Made by a program: the position numbers and the translations under genes. DNA of 62,574 nt, counting the filler, from Rhabdomonas costata (lineage: Eukaryota): the NCBI GenBank assembly GCA_019059605.1. It is 36 parts of 36 records of this genome, joined end to end, with 100 filler letters (N's around TTAATTAATTAA, not from the genome) between each part and the next. Parts side by side here need not be neighbours in the genome. Positions count along the whole stretch, not along the records: positions 33,091 to 34,731 come from JAHMHO010011469.1; positions 34,832 to 36,472 come from JAHMHO010011470.1; positions 36,573 to 38,213 come from JAHMHO010011471.1; positions 38,314 to 39,954 come from JAHMHO010011472.1; positions 40,055 to 41,695 come from JAHMHO010011473.1; positions 41,796 to 43,436 come from JAHMHO010011474.1; positions 43,537 to 45,177 come from JAHMHO010011475.1; positions 45,278 to 46,918 come from JAHMHO010011476.1; 28 more parts are not named here. One strand, written 5' to 3'. Below the pieces are notes generated by a model. That model made no database searches, had not been told where the DNA came from, and saw only the letters and a program-made list of their open reading frames with translations. Positions 33,842 through 47,365 of the stretch are shown here, piece after piece. The first letter of the stretch is position 1; each line of letters begins with the position of its first letter.

Positions 33842-36800
33842 CTGATGGAGTGATGGAACCGCGGACCCACATCATACATGCGAGGCAATGAGGATGCACT
33901 CTCACAAGATCGATCTGGATCAATGCTGAGACTCCTTATCTCCCTGAGGTCCTGTGGTGAGCTTCCAGAGCCGTTCAGTTTCCTGGGTATCGACAACGCT
34001 TGCAATGCGTCCCCTTTACCGCGAATCAAAAAAGGTCTCAGGTGCGCACAGTAAAAGCAACGTAACGACTCTTCACAATTGAAACAATGGGCAAGGAAAG
34101 TTATGCAATCACCCGCAAAGTCCAACATCTCCAAGGCGTCGCCAAGCCTCAGAGTTGATTGCCCGGCCCAGAGGGTGGAACTCAACCAACTTCGAAGAAG
34201 TGTCAATCCACAACACTGTGGTCTGAAGGAAAGGACAGCGGAACCCAAAGGCCATGCAGCATCGTACAAATAGGTTTTAGTTCAACACTTCCGCGAGCCT
34301 GGCCGGGATCTTGGGGAGACAGTGACTCTGTGATTCTTGTGGGTTGCGGGCGGCCAAGTGGCGTTTGCCTGCCCCGTTCGGTACGGGTTCGTTATTTGGT
34401 AACTACGTGGTTGGTCCTATGGGAAACCCTCCCGTGCATGGCAAGAAGTAGATACAAAAGAAACTCTGACTCCAAACACCAGACCGGAACGGCCACACAT
34501 TCGTTTTGCCCAACCCTACCCGTTCACCCATTGCTGACTACCTGTTCCCGAAGACACCGATAGTGTGAGAAAAAGGCCCGGGAACAACCGAGCGCCGTAC
34601 TAAGACGTTTCATGTCCAGAAGTGTATGAAACCAACTCTCCTCTCCCAAGAAAATTTGCACCGTAAGGCAGAAAGCCTTGTAAAACTAAACTCAGTGAAA
34701 GGTCAAATAGTAGGACGAAAACCGCACGTACNNNNNNNNNNNNNNNNNNNNNNNNNNNNNNNNNNNNNNNNNNNNTTAATTAATTAANNNNNNNNNNNNN
34801 NNNNNNNNNNNNNNNNNNNNNNNNNNNNNNNGGTTGGTGGTGTTAGAACGGAAGAGTGCCCACGTGTGCTTTTTGTATGAATCTGTGCAAGTGGGTCAAC
34901 TCTGGCCAAAAACATGACATGCCAACTGAAGGCCTGTTGAAACTTTTTCAGTCTCTGTATGGTGTAATGCTGTATTCGCTGTTTTCCGCATTCTCTGCGA
35001 GTAATTGAATACAGATTAGTTGTTGCCTTCTATGCTACCTGTAACTCTACTGTTCTGACGTGATTGGAAACGTCACAGTATATTGCGGTATGTCGGGTCA
35101 GTGTGTGAAATATCGCTTTAGTTTTTAAATAGACGTTGTTCACCAGATGTGTCGGAATGAAAAATGCCTCGTTGACATTGTTAAGCATATACATGGTGAT
35201 TATTGTTGGATGCTCATCTGTGTTTACCTCACTACTAATATCTGGGAATCAGGAGACGGCGTAGACGGCAGCGTATTGAATAATTAACGGTTGTCAAACT
35301 GACATTTGAGATAATGAATATACTAGGGCGTTTGCATGAGACGTCGAGTTGGTACATCAACTACTGAAGTCTTTCATATTCATAAAATGGCCTTAACCAC
35401 TAATGCCAATTGATGCATTTGAGGAAGCGTCACATCACCTGCATATCAGAGCAAATAGTTTTTCTAGTGTGCCATGATATAAAATTAGCGTGCCACAGCG
35501 CTGTGATTGAAAGGAGTTAAAAACGCCTGCCTTCAGGCTGCTTTTATGTCCCAGAAGACGTCTTTGAGAAACGGTGATGGCGTGTTGTAATGTTCAGACA
35601 GTTCTATCATATTTTATAGGAAGTTTGAGAAGAGATTCTTGAAATGTAAGCGGCTTTTCTCAGACGCAATTTCCAAGTGTTTACTTCAATGCATTCAGAG
35701 TTTGAAAAACGCTACGGAGGTGTCTGATATGTAAAGATTTACATATATTACCGCGTTTCAGCGTTTTGACGTGTGACTTGTAAGACGTGCCAAAGGCCTT
35801 CGAAGCCTTTTGCCGAAAGTGATGGAGGCAAGTCGTCAGCGGTTTTAGGAACCATTCAATGGATTATATTATCCGTCGTGTCATTTGGTTCACGCAACGA
35901 TGGGTCACAAGTTCATCTTGAGACACTTGAAACCACATGTACCACATGTAGTGTTTAAAAGCCGTCTATTGCAAAACGTTCCTCAAAAATTACGCGCTAC
36001 AAACTCGTAACCATATACACGTGATGTGTACGTGTCGTCATCGCTGATGGGCTGTGGACAATTGTAGCGTTGAATTTGGCTAGTACCGCTTGCGGAGTGT
36101 GCGAAATTGTACAGTCTGTGAGGATTTTCTACAGGGCAATTCAAAACTGAAATAGTGTATTCAGTTGCATCAACTTGGGTCTCATGTGCGTGTATAATGT
36201 GTACAATTAAATGCGGAATTTGTATTTTCTGTAAGAATGCAGGAGATATGACTTGTGACTGTAAAGTAAAGCTGGCATGCTCGCAATCAACATAGTAGCT
36301 ACAGCAAATTTACCGTAATAAAACCTACATGGCACAGCGCGCAACGTGCGAATGAGGTACATGTGGCAGTGATTACAATTATATTTCAAGTTTTCATTGC
36401 TTTGTTGTGTCTGCGTAGTGGATGACAAGAATTCATTGAATATTCAATGATATTTGTGATGTACCACAACAANNNNNNNNNNNNNNNNNNNNNNNNNNNN
36501 NNNNNNNNNNNNNNNNTTAATTAATTAANNNNNNNNNNNNNNNNNNNNNNNNNNNNNNNNNNNNNNNNNNNNGGTGGGTTGTGGTGCTGTGCTTTCGGCG
36601 CTTCTTTCGCGGTCGTGGTGGGGCATCTTCTGCCTGTGAGCATGTATGAAAAAAATTCTGGGACAGAAAAAGGCAAAACAAAATGCAAGAGCTGTTTCAG
36701 CCGAGGCGTTATCCAAATGTGAAAAGGAAATCCCGCTCTTATCATTTTCCGCCGCTCTCAATAGTGTGTGTGTGTGTGTGTTCGCAGGGGGCAGATGGGC

Positions 36801-37411
36801 AGCGCACCTCAAAGCCCAGCCCCGAGGTCACTATCCCGCTCACCAGGGGCATCACAGGAAAGGGAATCCCGTCCTGGCGCTTCCCCAGGCCAGTGCCCTT
36901 GCAGACGGAAGAGAGAGGACGAACAGAAGAAAGAGCTAGGCAAGGTTCTCAAGACTTATCCAAAGACTTAACCAAGACTCCGACAACAGGGAACAAGCCA
37001 ATGCCAACACAGCTGCAACATCAGGTTCCTAGGACCAATCCTGGTTGCGGTGCATCATCCAAGGTGAGCTACAAGTCCCTCCCTGTTGGTCTTAGGTGTG
37101 GAAGACCGCTTTTTATCGAACGAGGGACAGCAACCATATATACGTTCGGCATAGTCGACAGTCACCGCTGTGTGGGTATCACACCTCCAGACGCACATGC
37201 ACACCCAACATGCACTCGTATTTGCACAGCGTGCAGGCTCGCACAAACACGCACAAACACGCGCACTAATAAAAACAGACCGGGCGGAACCCCATCTTGC
37301 TAAGCACCCGAAGACCGAAGTCCCCCTCGAGGGCGGTCCACAGAGCAAAGCCCTGAAGCATACGGGGGCACGTTCAGGGACGATCTGGGCAGTGTTGTGA
37401 CGCACAGACAC

Positions 37412-38213
37412 CATCCAGCGAAAAAGCGCTTCGACAGCATAAATGACAATGCAAAGAACTATAAGGTGCACCAGGGTTCTGTGCCGACGGCAACGTAAAT
37501 GTCCACAGCCCTCCCCTCGCTCTCCTGTTTTCCGCCTGACTGGATCACTGCAATCGTTGGGAGCTTGCATACTTTTTTCCTGCAGTCGCTAATGGAGAAA
37601 TCCGGCCTAAAAAAATTCTACAGGCATTTGCCGAATGGACAAATCGTTGATATACCTATGCACTTAGAATCAATACACGCAAGTTACAGGTATTTCCCCT
37701 TTGCTTCACAAGGAGCCCCGCCAATCGCAGCACCACAAAAATGCTCTCCCAGGGAAGAATCAGAAATAGCCGAACTGCCCAAATCCTCACACATATCCAC
37801 CAAACCAACTCATCCATCACGCATCACATATCATTGCTCGATACATATAAGAAAGCAAGCGCAAGCCCTGCCTAAACTGCGGAATCCCACCACTTCAAAT
37901 TCCACACACCTCAGCCTCCATTATCGGTGATCTTGGACTGCATGGCGGCGGTGATGGCTGCACAGCACAAGGGGTCGATGCGACGCGTGCTGACGCAGCA
38001 CTTGCCGCAGAGGCCCGTGATGAGGCCAACAGTTCAGGCGGCCGCAGGAAGCCCGCACAGCGCCAGAATTGCGCCCCCGAGTTCATCGCACAGTCCAGCA
38101 TGGATTCTTTCATGCCACTGTCTACAGGCCGGTCCGCGGCAGACTGGCACCGAGAGACGGGCGATAATGGGTCGTATTCATCACTGCTGCTGCTACCATC
38201 GTCGTCATCTTCA
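37412..38213 (-). CDS. Two exons of an unidentified protein with a predicted TM helix
   Basis: EDDDDGSSSSDEY...SPIMEAE|GTGTGT then CTGCAG|EKSMQAP...TLVHLIVLCIVIYAVEALFRWM|GTGTCT, phase 0. Confidence 0.4.
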
Positions 38214-40738
38214 NNNNNNNNNNNNNNNNNNNNNNNNNNNNNNNNNNNNNNNNNNNNTTAATTAATTAANNNNNNNNNNNNNNNNNNNNNNNNNNNNNNN
38301 NNNNNNNNNNNNNGGGGGGGTGAATGGAACGTTGGGTATCTAGTGAACCGTTGTAGAGAACTACGCTAGCACCTGATATCTAACATCTGGTATTTACCGT
38401 TGCCCAAGCCAATGTTATTTTTTTTGCAATATAGAAAACTTTTTCCAGGAGAGCCTATTGGGCATGCACTTTGTCACCTAGCGGCATTTACTCTGCGGAG
38501 GTTCAAAACCAATTCTGTGGTGGCTGCAAATATACCCGCTCGCAACGTGTACGTCACTTAGTTCAACATATGTCCGATGTAATGGTCTTTTCTCACGGCA
38601 ACATGGTTTAAGTGTTTTAACTTCTCGCTGATAAATGGACCATAAAATTGACGGAACTCCTACCAGGAGGAAAAACCGTTTTCTTTATCTGGATTTCACC
38701 TGCGCTTGTGGAGTTGTCGATATTTATGCCCAAAACAATTTGCTCAAACTATTTAATCACACTTCGTTATTTGAACTCCTGAATTAACTAATTCTCTAAC
38801 ATACATCCTTTACGCTTTGTGTTGGATATAAAAATGACTTATATCCGACGTCACTCATTTATTCGCGAAGCAAATACTGCCATTAATCAACCAATTAGTT
38901 ACGCAAGACATCCTAAGAGCTTTTTGCGTGGCGCTTACTGCAAGATCTTCCATTACTTTTCCCTTGGAAGGTAAAAAGTAATGGAAGAGCAGGCCCAGGT
39001 CGTTTGCCAGTCTGATATATTGCTTATTGTCTGATTCCAGTTGGCATATGGTATTGCGGTGGATGTGGTGGGATGTGTGAAGTGGTGGCGGTGTCTGAAA
39101 TGCGCATGAATTGGGAATCAGGAGGTGGTTGTGGTACCTGGAACAGTTGCTGTGGCATGACACGTGGTGCAATACGTTGGGGGTTTATGGTTGGAAGGTG
39201 GTGAAGCATAAGTAATGGTTTCATGGGGGTGGCGAGGTTTACGGAGGTGGGTGGTGGAGTGGACGATGGGATAATCTTGACGCGTGCCGTTTGCTGGGAA
39301 GCACCTTGCTTTTGTCTGTTTTTGGTTGGTGGTTTGGTGTAGGTTCAGCGTGGAGATTGATGGTTCCATGTAAATGGATAAAATCACCGGAATATCGTTG
39401 AGCTGGTTCATTGTGACTGTGCAGGACCTGGATAAATTGTCTTCCTGAAACAGACCTGAAATGGCCGCAACCGAGACGGAGTACGTTTATTTGTATGTGT
39501 GTGGGAGTCCTTTGTGAATCGGAGTCCAGCTCTTCACGAGCGAGTGCCTCACAGGTGAGTGGAGGGGGGAGGGTTTGGTGCCTAATGAGGCATTTTGACA
39601 CTTGTTTTGATGGAGGAGGAGGAGGATGTTCTTGGGGCTTTTGTTGCGTTTGGAAGAAGCTGTGTGTTGGGGTGTAATTGTTCATAGTGGACGAATGTAT
39701 GGGGGGTCGATGTCACACATGGAAGGTGGGACCAGTGAGGTGACGTGGTGTGGCACATTGCCTTGGAACATGGTAGAAAGATCTTGGATTATAGTGATGT
39801 AGCATGATCGGTGGTGTGTGGTGGGCGAGGATAGTAAGTTGATAAGGAACAAATCGATATATGGAATGAAGGAGAGATGGATGGAGAAGTGGTCACAGAG
39901 GTCTCGCGGCGGCGAGAAATGAGGGGGGGACTCAGGACGGTACGCAGATAAGAGNNNNNNNNNNNNNNNNNNNNNNNNNNNNNNNNNNNNNNNNNNNNTT
40001 AATTAATTAANNNNNNNNNNNNNNNNNNNNNNNNNNNNNNNNNNNNNNNNNNNNGTGGTGGGTGTGTTTGGTTTTGGGTTGGGGTTGGGTTCCCTTCCGC
40101 ACTCTCCTCGAGGACTCCCAGCGATGGGAGCAGCCGCACCGAAGGCATCACACTGCCTTGGGAGGAAGCTGCCACATGAGCATGTGACCCTCACCATCGC
40201 ACACACAAATCGCACCCACCCGTACAAAAACCAGCGTAGTGGAGGTCTGCCGCACAGTCAACCAGCAATCGATTCCCAATAGACGCCCTCAAGACGGCTC
40301 CCCACCGTGAACACTCGCAAGCAGCTTGAGCTGTGCTCTGAACCCTGAGTTGACTCACACGGCTCGGATCAAACCGGTGACCGAGTTGCTAAAAACAAAG
40401 CACGCACAACAGCAGGTCCCTGGGCAATGTTAGCAGTCCTGCTCCGGGAACCTCGGTTCGAGCCCCGATACCTCGTCTGAGTGGGTGGGTACGAGATCGA
40501 GAAACAGGCTTCTGTTCAGTGGTTAATCTTGGATGAAACTGGGACCAGCAAGTATGTCAGAATAAATGCCGGCGACCCCGGCGTCTTCTTGAAACCCCAC
40601 CCACCCACTCAATTGCTGTTCCTTCCCGACTGAGGAAAAGCCACTGTGTAGTGAAGCGGCGACGGATGGGGGGAGGGAGGTGTTGGGAGAAGAGAGGAGA
40701 TTGACTTTTCCTGAGCACTTTGGTTGGCCGTAAGAGAC

Positions 40739-41369
40739 TCAGTGGTCGTCTTGGACATCGTCGAACTCCTGCTCGAAGTGCCGCTTCTCCGCCTGCACCT
40801 CGTCCATCTTTGCCTGCGTTATGCTGAGGCTGAGCTCCTGCTCGATCTTGCGGAGAATGTCAGTGTTCTGCTCCTACAAGGAGGGAAAAAACACAAACCC
40901 ACATGCTGGTTGTAACCGGATTCATTGCAAACACCCGCATTCACAGATGGGAACAGGAAAATGGGATAGGGGATGGGGAAAGGGAAATTTCTCATTGCGT
41001 CCGCACAGCAGAGTAACCTAGGCAAATTGCTCACCTGCAACTCAGGCCACGGGCCCTAGGCACTGAGAATAATTGCTCCTCAGGAGCCTTCCACGAAAAC
41101 ACTTCTCCATGCCACGCAAAGTCCACTTCCTTCCCTTCTGTCCTCGCCCATCAACCCAAACGTAACAAAGTGATCATCTGAATCGGGTTTCCCACCCATC
41201 CCATCCGTCCCCCATCTCCCATCTCTTCCCATCCTTCAGTCCACCGCTGTGACCTTAGTCGCCAAACAACCAGAAAGCTTTTCGGTCAACCTTGGCGGAG
41301 GTGAGGGTGCAGTCCGCGTCAGCACAGAGCTTCCCGACGCTCCAAATCTTACTGAGCGCGACACCCAGC
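40739..41369 (-). CDS. Last two exons of an unidentified coiled-coil-tailed protein
   Basis: LGVALSKIWSVGKLCADADCTLTSAK|GTTGAC ... TAG|EQNTDILRKIEQELSLSITQAKMDEVQAEKRHFEQEFDDVQDDH*. Confidence 0.45.
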
Positions 41370-43682
41370 CTGCAAAAACAAGCGCATATGCATGCAAAGG
41401 AAGCGAACCAGCAAGATCTCTACTCCGTCATGTCAAATAAATAAGCGGTCTCAACCGTGAAGGAGAAGGATAGGCGGCCATTCGAACGTTGACGAAAAGA
41501 TGAGCAAAAAGGAGGGTGCAATAACTCCATCAGGTCACAGGCGAACATTTGATATTAACCACAAAAAACCAAAAAGAAAACAAGATTCCTCTGTTGAGCT
41601 CTTCAGAAACCGCGTTGGCACACTATAAGTTCGTCCCATTACTGCCACACTAAAATCGGGAACGCCAGAACCACATGCAGGAGAACAAAAAACAANNNNN
41701 NNNNNNNNNNNNNNNNNNNNNNNNNNNNNNNNNNNNNNNTTAATTAATTAANNNNNNNNNNNNNNNNNNNNNNNNNNNNNNNNNNNNNNNNNNNNGTGGG
41801 AGGGGTGAATCTCTCAGGGTGGAGCTTGCGCTGTTCGCAACCTGTGAGTGTCTCGAGGCAGGCCTGCGGCAGGGGCCCACGGAACTCTCAGCTTGGGGGC
41901 CTCCGCCTCCGCGGTATTCTTTCGAAGGTCCTGCAGGGCACGGGGGATACGAATCTTGACAGGCTTTGTTCCGCTGCCTCCCCGGGACGGTAGGCCGCTG
42001 CGCCGCGGTCGCACTGCGGGCCCACTCCATGGTCTTTCCTGGAAGTGAACCAGCGTGTGTGTGGTACCGGGGGTAAATAACGTGCATTGCGATGGGCTGG
42101 GCAGTGCAGTGGTGAGTGGAGGCCGTGGGGAGAGCTAGAACGTCGACCGATCTGTTATCTAACGTCCTGCGAATGAGCTTTCCTCCGCACCTTGACTGCG
42201 AGCCATCGCCGACCTGCCAATGTCTTTCTTCTTCCCGTCATTCCTTTTTGACACGGCTGTACTCCTTAGCTGAAACGGCACTTTGTATCTCCTGTGCAGG
42301 TTGCTTTTTGTGCAATTTATCTGTGGAGACCGGGGAGTTTGTAGCTTCGGGATTCTGTGGACGCAAAAAGGGCAGTCATTCCTGAGTGTTTGTTGCTGTT
42401 GCCTGGTTGACTGTTGGTGACCACTTTGGACTGACGGGCGCACGCGCTGTTGGCCACATGTGCTCGCGAGAGCCGCGCGAGCGGTGCCGTGCGTTTCCGG
42501 CTCACTGCCGAACGTTCCACATATGGTGACCTCCGTTCTGCCCCAAGGGCTTTTGTCGCGCAGCTTATTTTTTCTGATGGCTACCCGCGGTGCTCCATTG
42601 CTGCTCCGAGGTTTCCCTCTCCTTTCTGGGGAGGCTAGGGCCTTCTCAGAAACGACCCTGTGAGCTTTTGCTTTAATATGTGCGGTGGTTGTGGGGCCAA
42701 CACTCACCCCACATACATGTATGTGCTGCCTCACCCCGCATCGCTTAATTTGTCACACCCAAACATCAGCCTCGAATGTTTCAACGATGCGAGTACGTAA
42801 GAAAAGCTGCCTAACCCACTCGGGTGACACCCTAAACACGACCTGGAAAATACGCGTGGATGCCAAAATTGGTTCCCGAAAGGATTCTCAAATACGCAAA
42901 GCACCAGAAGGCAATACAGGACTGCACCTAACCTGGCGAACGGACTTCCAAAAAACCGAACAGGGGATACCGTCGCCGTTGAATTCTGTGGTGTCGGCTT
43001 GGTCAGAAACTCCTGCTGCTGCTGGTGCATTCGAAGGAAGGCGCGGCGCAACGCCGCGGCATTGTCACCGGGTAAGTTCTGCTTCCCATCCTGAGCACCA
43101 AATAATAGGAAGGGAGGGAGAAATTGACGTTACATTTGGACCACTGCTCGACAACGTTCGCGACAGTGTTTCAAAGGAAACACGAAGGGGTTGCTCCTGT
43201 TTCTATCTAACCATTCTTGAAAGGAGTCCAGTGTTACGTGTTACGTCACGGATCAAAAGAAGTTTAGTTTTGCAGGTTCACGGGGGGGGGGGGATGAAAA
43301 AGACAATTCGAGATCAAGAACCGGTTGGCCTTAAGGCAAGCGTGGATGGTTTGTTGCCTGTGATTGCACTGCCTTTCTCTATTGACTTCTGGTCATGAAA
43401 TCTATGTGGCTGGATGTGCCAAAGAGGTTCCCAACCNNNNNNNNNNNNNNNNNNNNNNNNNNNNNNNNNNNNNNNNNNNNTTAATTAATTAANNNNNNNN
43501 NNNNNNNNNNNNNNNNNNNNNNNNNNNNNNNNNNNNTGTGACGCACAACAGCACGAGATCAGCGTGACACCACTCAGCGTGAGCAGAAGTAAACTGGCAC
43601 CTGGGGCAGAAGGTACGGTGCATGAAAGCGCAGGGAAAATACAGTACAGTGGAGGCCCACACGGTGCAACCCGTGCGCACTA

Positions 43683-45170
43683 TCACCGGGCGTGCTCAGA
43701 GTGGGCCATCTTGTACATCGTCAGCAGCACCAGAAGGTGCATTGCCAGGGAGTACACAAAGCAGCATAGCCTGCCGTACCGGTGCGAGAGCAGGGCCCGG
43801 GAGGCGGTCAGAGTGATCCGCTCGGGTACGCTGAGCTGCTGCAGCTGGCTCTCCTTGACCCGACGATGGAACTCGGTGAAGGGGTTGACAGAGTCCTCGA
43901 ACGCGCTGCCGTACCGCGCGTCCAGCTCCTCGTCTGGGAAGACCTAATTCCAAAGAATACGCTGTGACAACAAGGAAAAAAGGCTCCTCCCAAGCACCAC
44001 AGTGCATCAGAATAGCCCCAGCAATCACCAACAAGAAAAGGGAAGAAACGGAAGGCCCCATTGGGTGCCTCTCGCACAAAGACCAGCGAGGAAGTTCACG
44101 CAAATCAAGAAAGAGAATCAATTCAAAAAAAGCCTCCCAAAAAAAATCAAGGCGCTGGCTCATCGAGTACTTGTCCACCCTGGGCAGCCGTGAGGTCTTT
44201 CAAATCGGGTGTCGAGATTAGTGGGGGTGCTGTTTTTCAAAGAGGCAAAACAGGGAGGAGAGGGCCGGAACGCAGGGAATGCGATACCATCACCCAAAAA
44301 ATCATCGCCCCACCCCGCCCCAATAAAGCTATGAGATTTTAAGGATGTGACATCGGTCAATACCAGACAAATGAAACACACAAACGCCGACAGAGGACAA
44401 TGGGTGAACCCTTTTTCGGTGCCAAACAAATGCACAGGAAGGAAAGATGTTAGCACATTTCTACTGCGATACCTTACGGTCGGTGTGCTGCGCGGCGTAC
44501 CGCAGCCGGCCGTACAGCAGGGTGTTGTCCTGGCGCAAACGTTCCAGGTCGCTGCGCGCCGTCTTGAGCTGGCGGTGCAGCCCCTCGTGCTCCGCCTCCA
44601 GCTCCTGCACCCGCTGCCGGCATCGGTCTCGCTGAATGCCCGACACAACACACACGCTTCCCATAATTCATCCTGGAAATCCAACAGATGCAGCATTGAA
44701 ATTTCTCAATTTGCGGTTGCATTTGGTCGCTCTTGAGAATCACGCGACAAAGGGATTTTCTTCCGAACTCGAATCTAAATGCTGATAAGCGCGATCCGTT
44801 TTTGTTAACAAGGCCACAGGTCCACCACCGCTACACAGCGTGTGTGAGAACAACAATGGCCTGGATCTCCAGTCAAACTCGCACAATGAAAACTTACTGA
44901 TGATGCGCCCTGTCTGATTTCGTGGTAACTTCGAGCTTTGCAAGCCGCCCTCCCACAGCACGCACGGCAGCGCCCGAAAGAAGTCATACACTGGAAAGAA
45001 TTCGCTGGACTCACAAAAACACCACACTGGACCACAGTCTCAAAGAGCGAGACACTGACAAGATGCACACCTGTCCGGCCACGACCTGCAGCAGCGAGGC
45101 AAGATCCATGCCTTCCACAGGGCACTCAGCCCTCCCACTACTGGCGGAGGCTTTCCCATCAGCGCTACCA
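43683..45170 (-). CDS. CASP: Golgin CASP/COY1 C-terminal region
   Basis: Exons ~45170-45071, 44631-44473 and 43943-43683 give SLLQVVAGQ|RDRCRQRVQELE...LRQDNTLLYGRLRY...|...FEDSVNPFTEF...FVYSLAMHLLVLLTMY*, the CASP_C signature including the TM Tyr/His. Confidence 0.88.
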
Positions 45171-47365
45171 CAACAACNNNNNNNNNNNNNNNNNNNNNNN
45201 NNNNNNNNNNNNNNNNNNNNNTTAATTAATTAANNNNNNNNNNNNNNNNNNNNNNNNNNNNNNNNNNNNNNNNNNNNTTGTGGGGGGGGTGCCGATGAGC
45301 ACGTTTTCCACCTTGGCCACCAAAACCAAGAGTTGCTCAGCAGGAGATGAGCTGACCAAGCTGCAATGGTGGCAAGAATAATCACTGTGAGGAGGACAGC
45401 CACGACGGTCCGCGTTGCAAACATAACGGAGGGAGGGAGGGAGGACTCGTCGCGACAAGAGAGATCGGACCGTAGACAACGATAAAGAAGCCTGAATCTT
45501 CCGTCGTTCAACTGGGCACTGCCCCACGTTGGGCAGCGGAAAAAGGGCTGCACAGGAGAAAGGAAAACGTGAGACCAACGTCGTAGTCGACTAAAGCACT
45601 GCTAAGTGAGCAAAAGAGAAGGAAAGTTCCTCTGGGAAAGACCTTGCTAAGGTTTAAAACCTTGGTGACCAACTTTGGTTGGTGAACAACCAAAGCAGAG
45701 TAGACCGGAAGGAATCCTACCGTAGCAAAGAAATCAGAAAGCAGGGACGCGATGCGTCATCGACCCAATTCAGTTTCCTTGAGTTACACCAAAATCGTAC
45801 ACAACCTGCAAAAGCAAAGACTGCACGTAAGTGCAGGTAAGTAAGAAATTGTGCGTGCTCTTTTGCGCGATTCCAACTGAGAGAATCCTCAAGCGCAGTA
45901 ACATCGGCTGGAAGCAAATCCACAAAAACTACCCTCACCACTAATCTCTGAAAATGTGTTGACGATTGGGGTCCCAACGACCAACGAGTGGTCCTGATAC
46001 CCCAACCCCACTTTCCATTGACAGTAGGCTTTCAGGTTTCAGAGGCCGTGAGAAAAACAGTCCAGAGCTCTGTTCAGCTGGTGGAGCTCTGTTCAGATGG
46101 TCGGACAAGAAGGGGGGAAACACTCGGAAGGGACAGAGGAGCAAGGGGAGGGGAATGAGGAAGGTTGAACCAGAGAAAACTAGGAGTGTGAGGGGAGGAG
46201 GCGAAGTTGCTTTCGCGATTGCCGTACGCAATGCCGGTCCTCTGGCAGACATAACAAAAACCCGACTAGCGGAAGCCCTCGTCCTCTTCTGCAGAAAATC
46301 CTCTTAGTGCCGCCGCACCTGTGGACAAAAGCAGATCAGCCACTAGATTTTTAAAAATGAAATGCAGAGTCCGGGGAAAATCAGGAAATGCCGGAAGGGA
46401 ATCTGCGCGAATACAGAAGAGACAAGAAACATGAAATGTACCGTTGGAATGTAACATGCATCGGGCTCATAGCAATGTGGCACTCCAAGCACATTTCCAG
46501 GTAATTATTACTGGAGTGAATAAGATACGATTCGGCTGAAGCAGGAGTCAAGTCAGCATGTGTGGCCCACCCCTCCATGTGAGGTAACCCTGGGAAAGCC
46601 GAATAAACCTCCCTGAACAACAAAGAGGAACCCACGTTCACGACACAATGTCTCAAAGCACAATGCAACACTCACACCTCGCACACAGTGCAGCAGGGCT
46701 TCGCTTACCACTGAAGGGCCCAAATCCTGGCGTCCTGGCAACCACATGCACAACCTCCGCGTAGCCCAGATGGCAGCATGCAAACAGGGGGCATTCGACG
46801 CTTCACCTCCTCGCCCTCATAGCCCACCTCCGTCTTGTGTTTAACCAAAACCTCGGTGCCCACGTTGGTCCCGAAAGCCTGTGTCTGACTTGTGGAGAAG
46901 CAGAAGCTCCACAAAACANNNNNNNNNNNNNNNNNNNNNNNNNNNNNNNNNNNNNNNNNNNNTTAATTAATTAANNNNNNNNNNNNNNNNNNNNNNNNNN
47001 NNNNNNNNNNNNNNNNNNAAGCTGATTTCCACACAAGAAAGTGGAAGAGGCACATGGTACCACGCAAGACGAGAAGCGTTGATTGCACCCAGAGATGCAC
47101 AACAAACATAGCCTGCTCTGCGCCGCACACCACAGATCATACAAATCACGCAACAGGAATCCACATACAGAGAATACGCCAGCTTCGAGAAGACCCGAAC
47201 CTCTCAGGGTCCTCGCTCAGCAAGCCTCATTCATGTCCACTAATTGAATGCAGGATAAATACTAACCACTGCGGGTTAGAGGGCACATAGTTCTTGCAAC
47301 GAGGCTATTCACGCACTCGCACAGGGACACGCGCACGCACGCACACGCGGAGCGAATGCTCTGCT

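Noticed and set aside
40414-40473. Functional tRNA gene
   Set aside because: The acceptor, D and anticodon arms do not form a proper cloverleaf. Kept only as a tRNA-like motif.
42685-43398. 237-aa ORF and similar long ORF-track entries (14180-14806, 36683-37303)
   Set aside because: No motifs and no codon bias. They look like chance frames in intronic or intergenic DNA.
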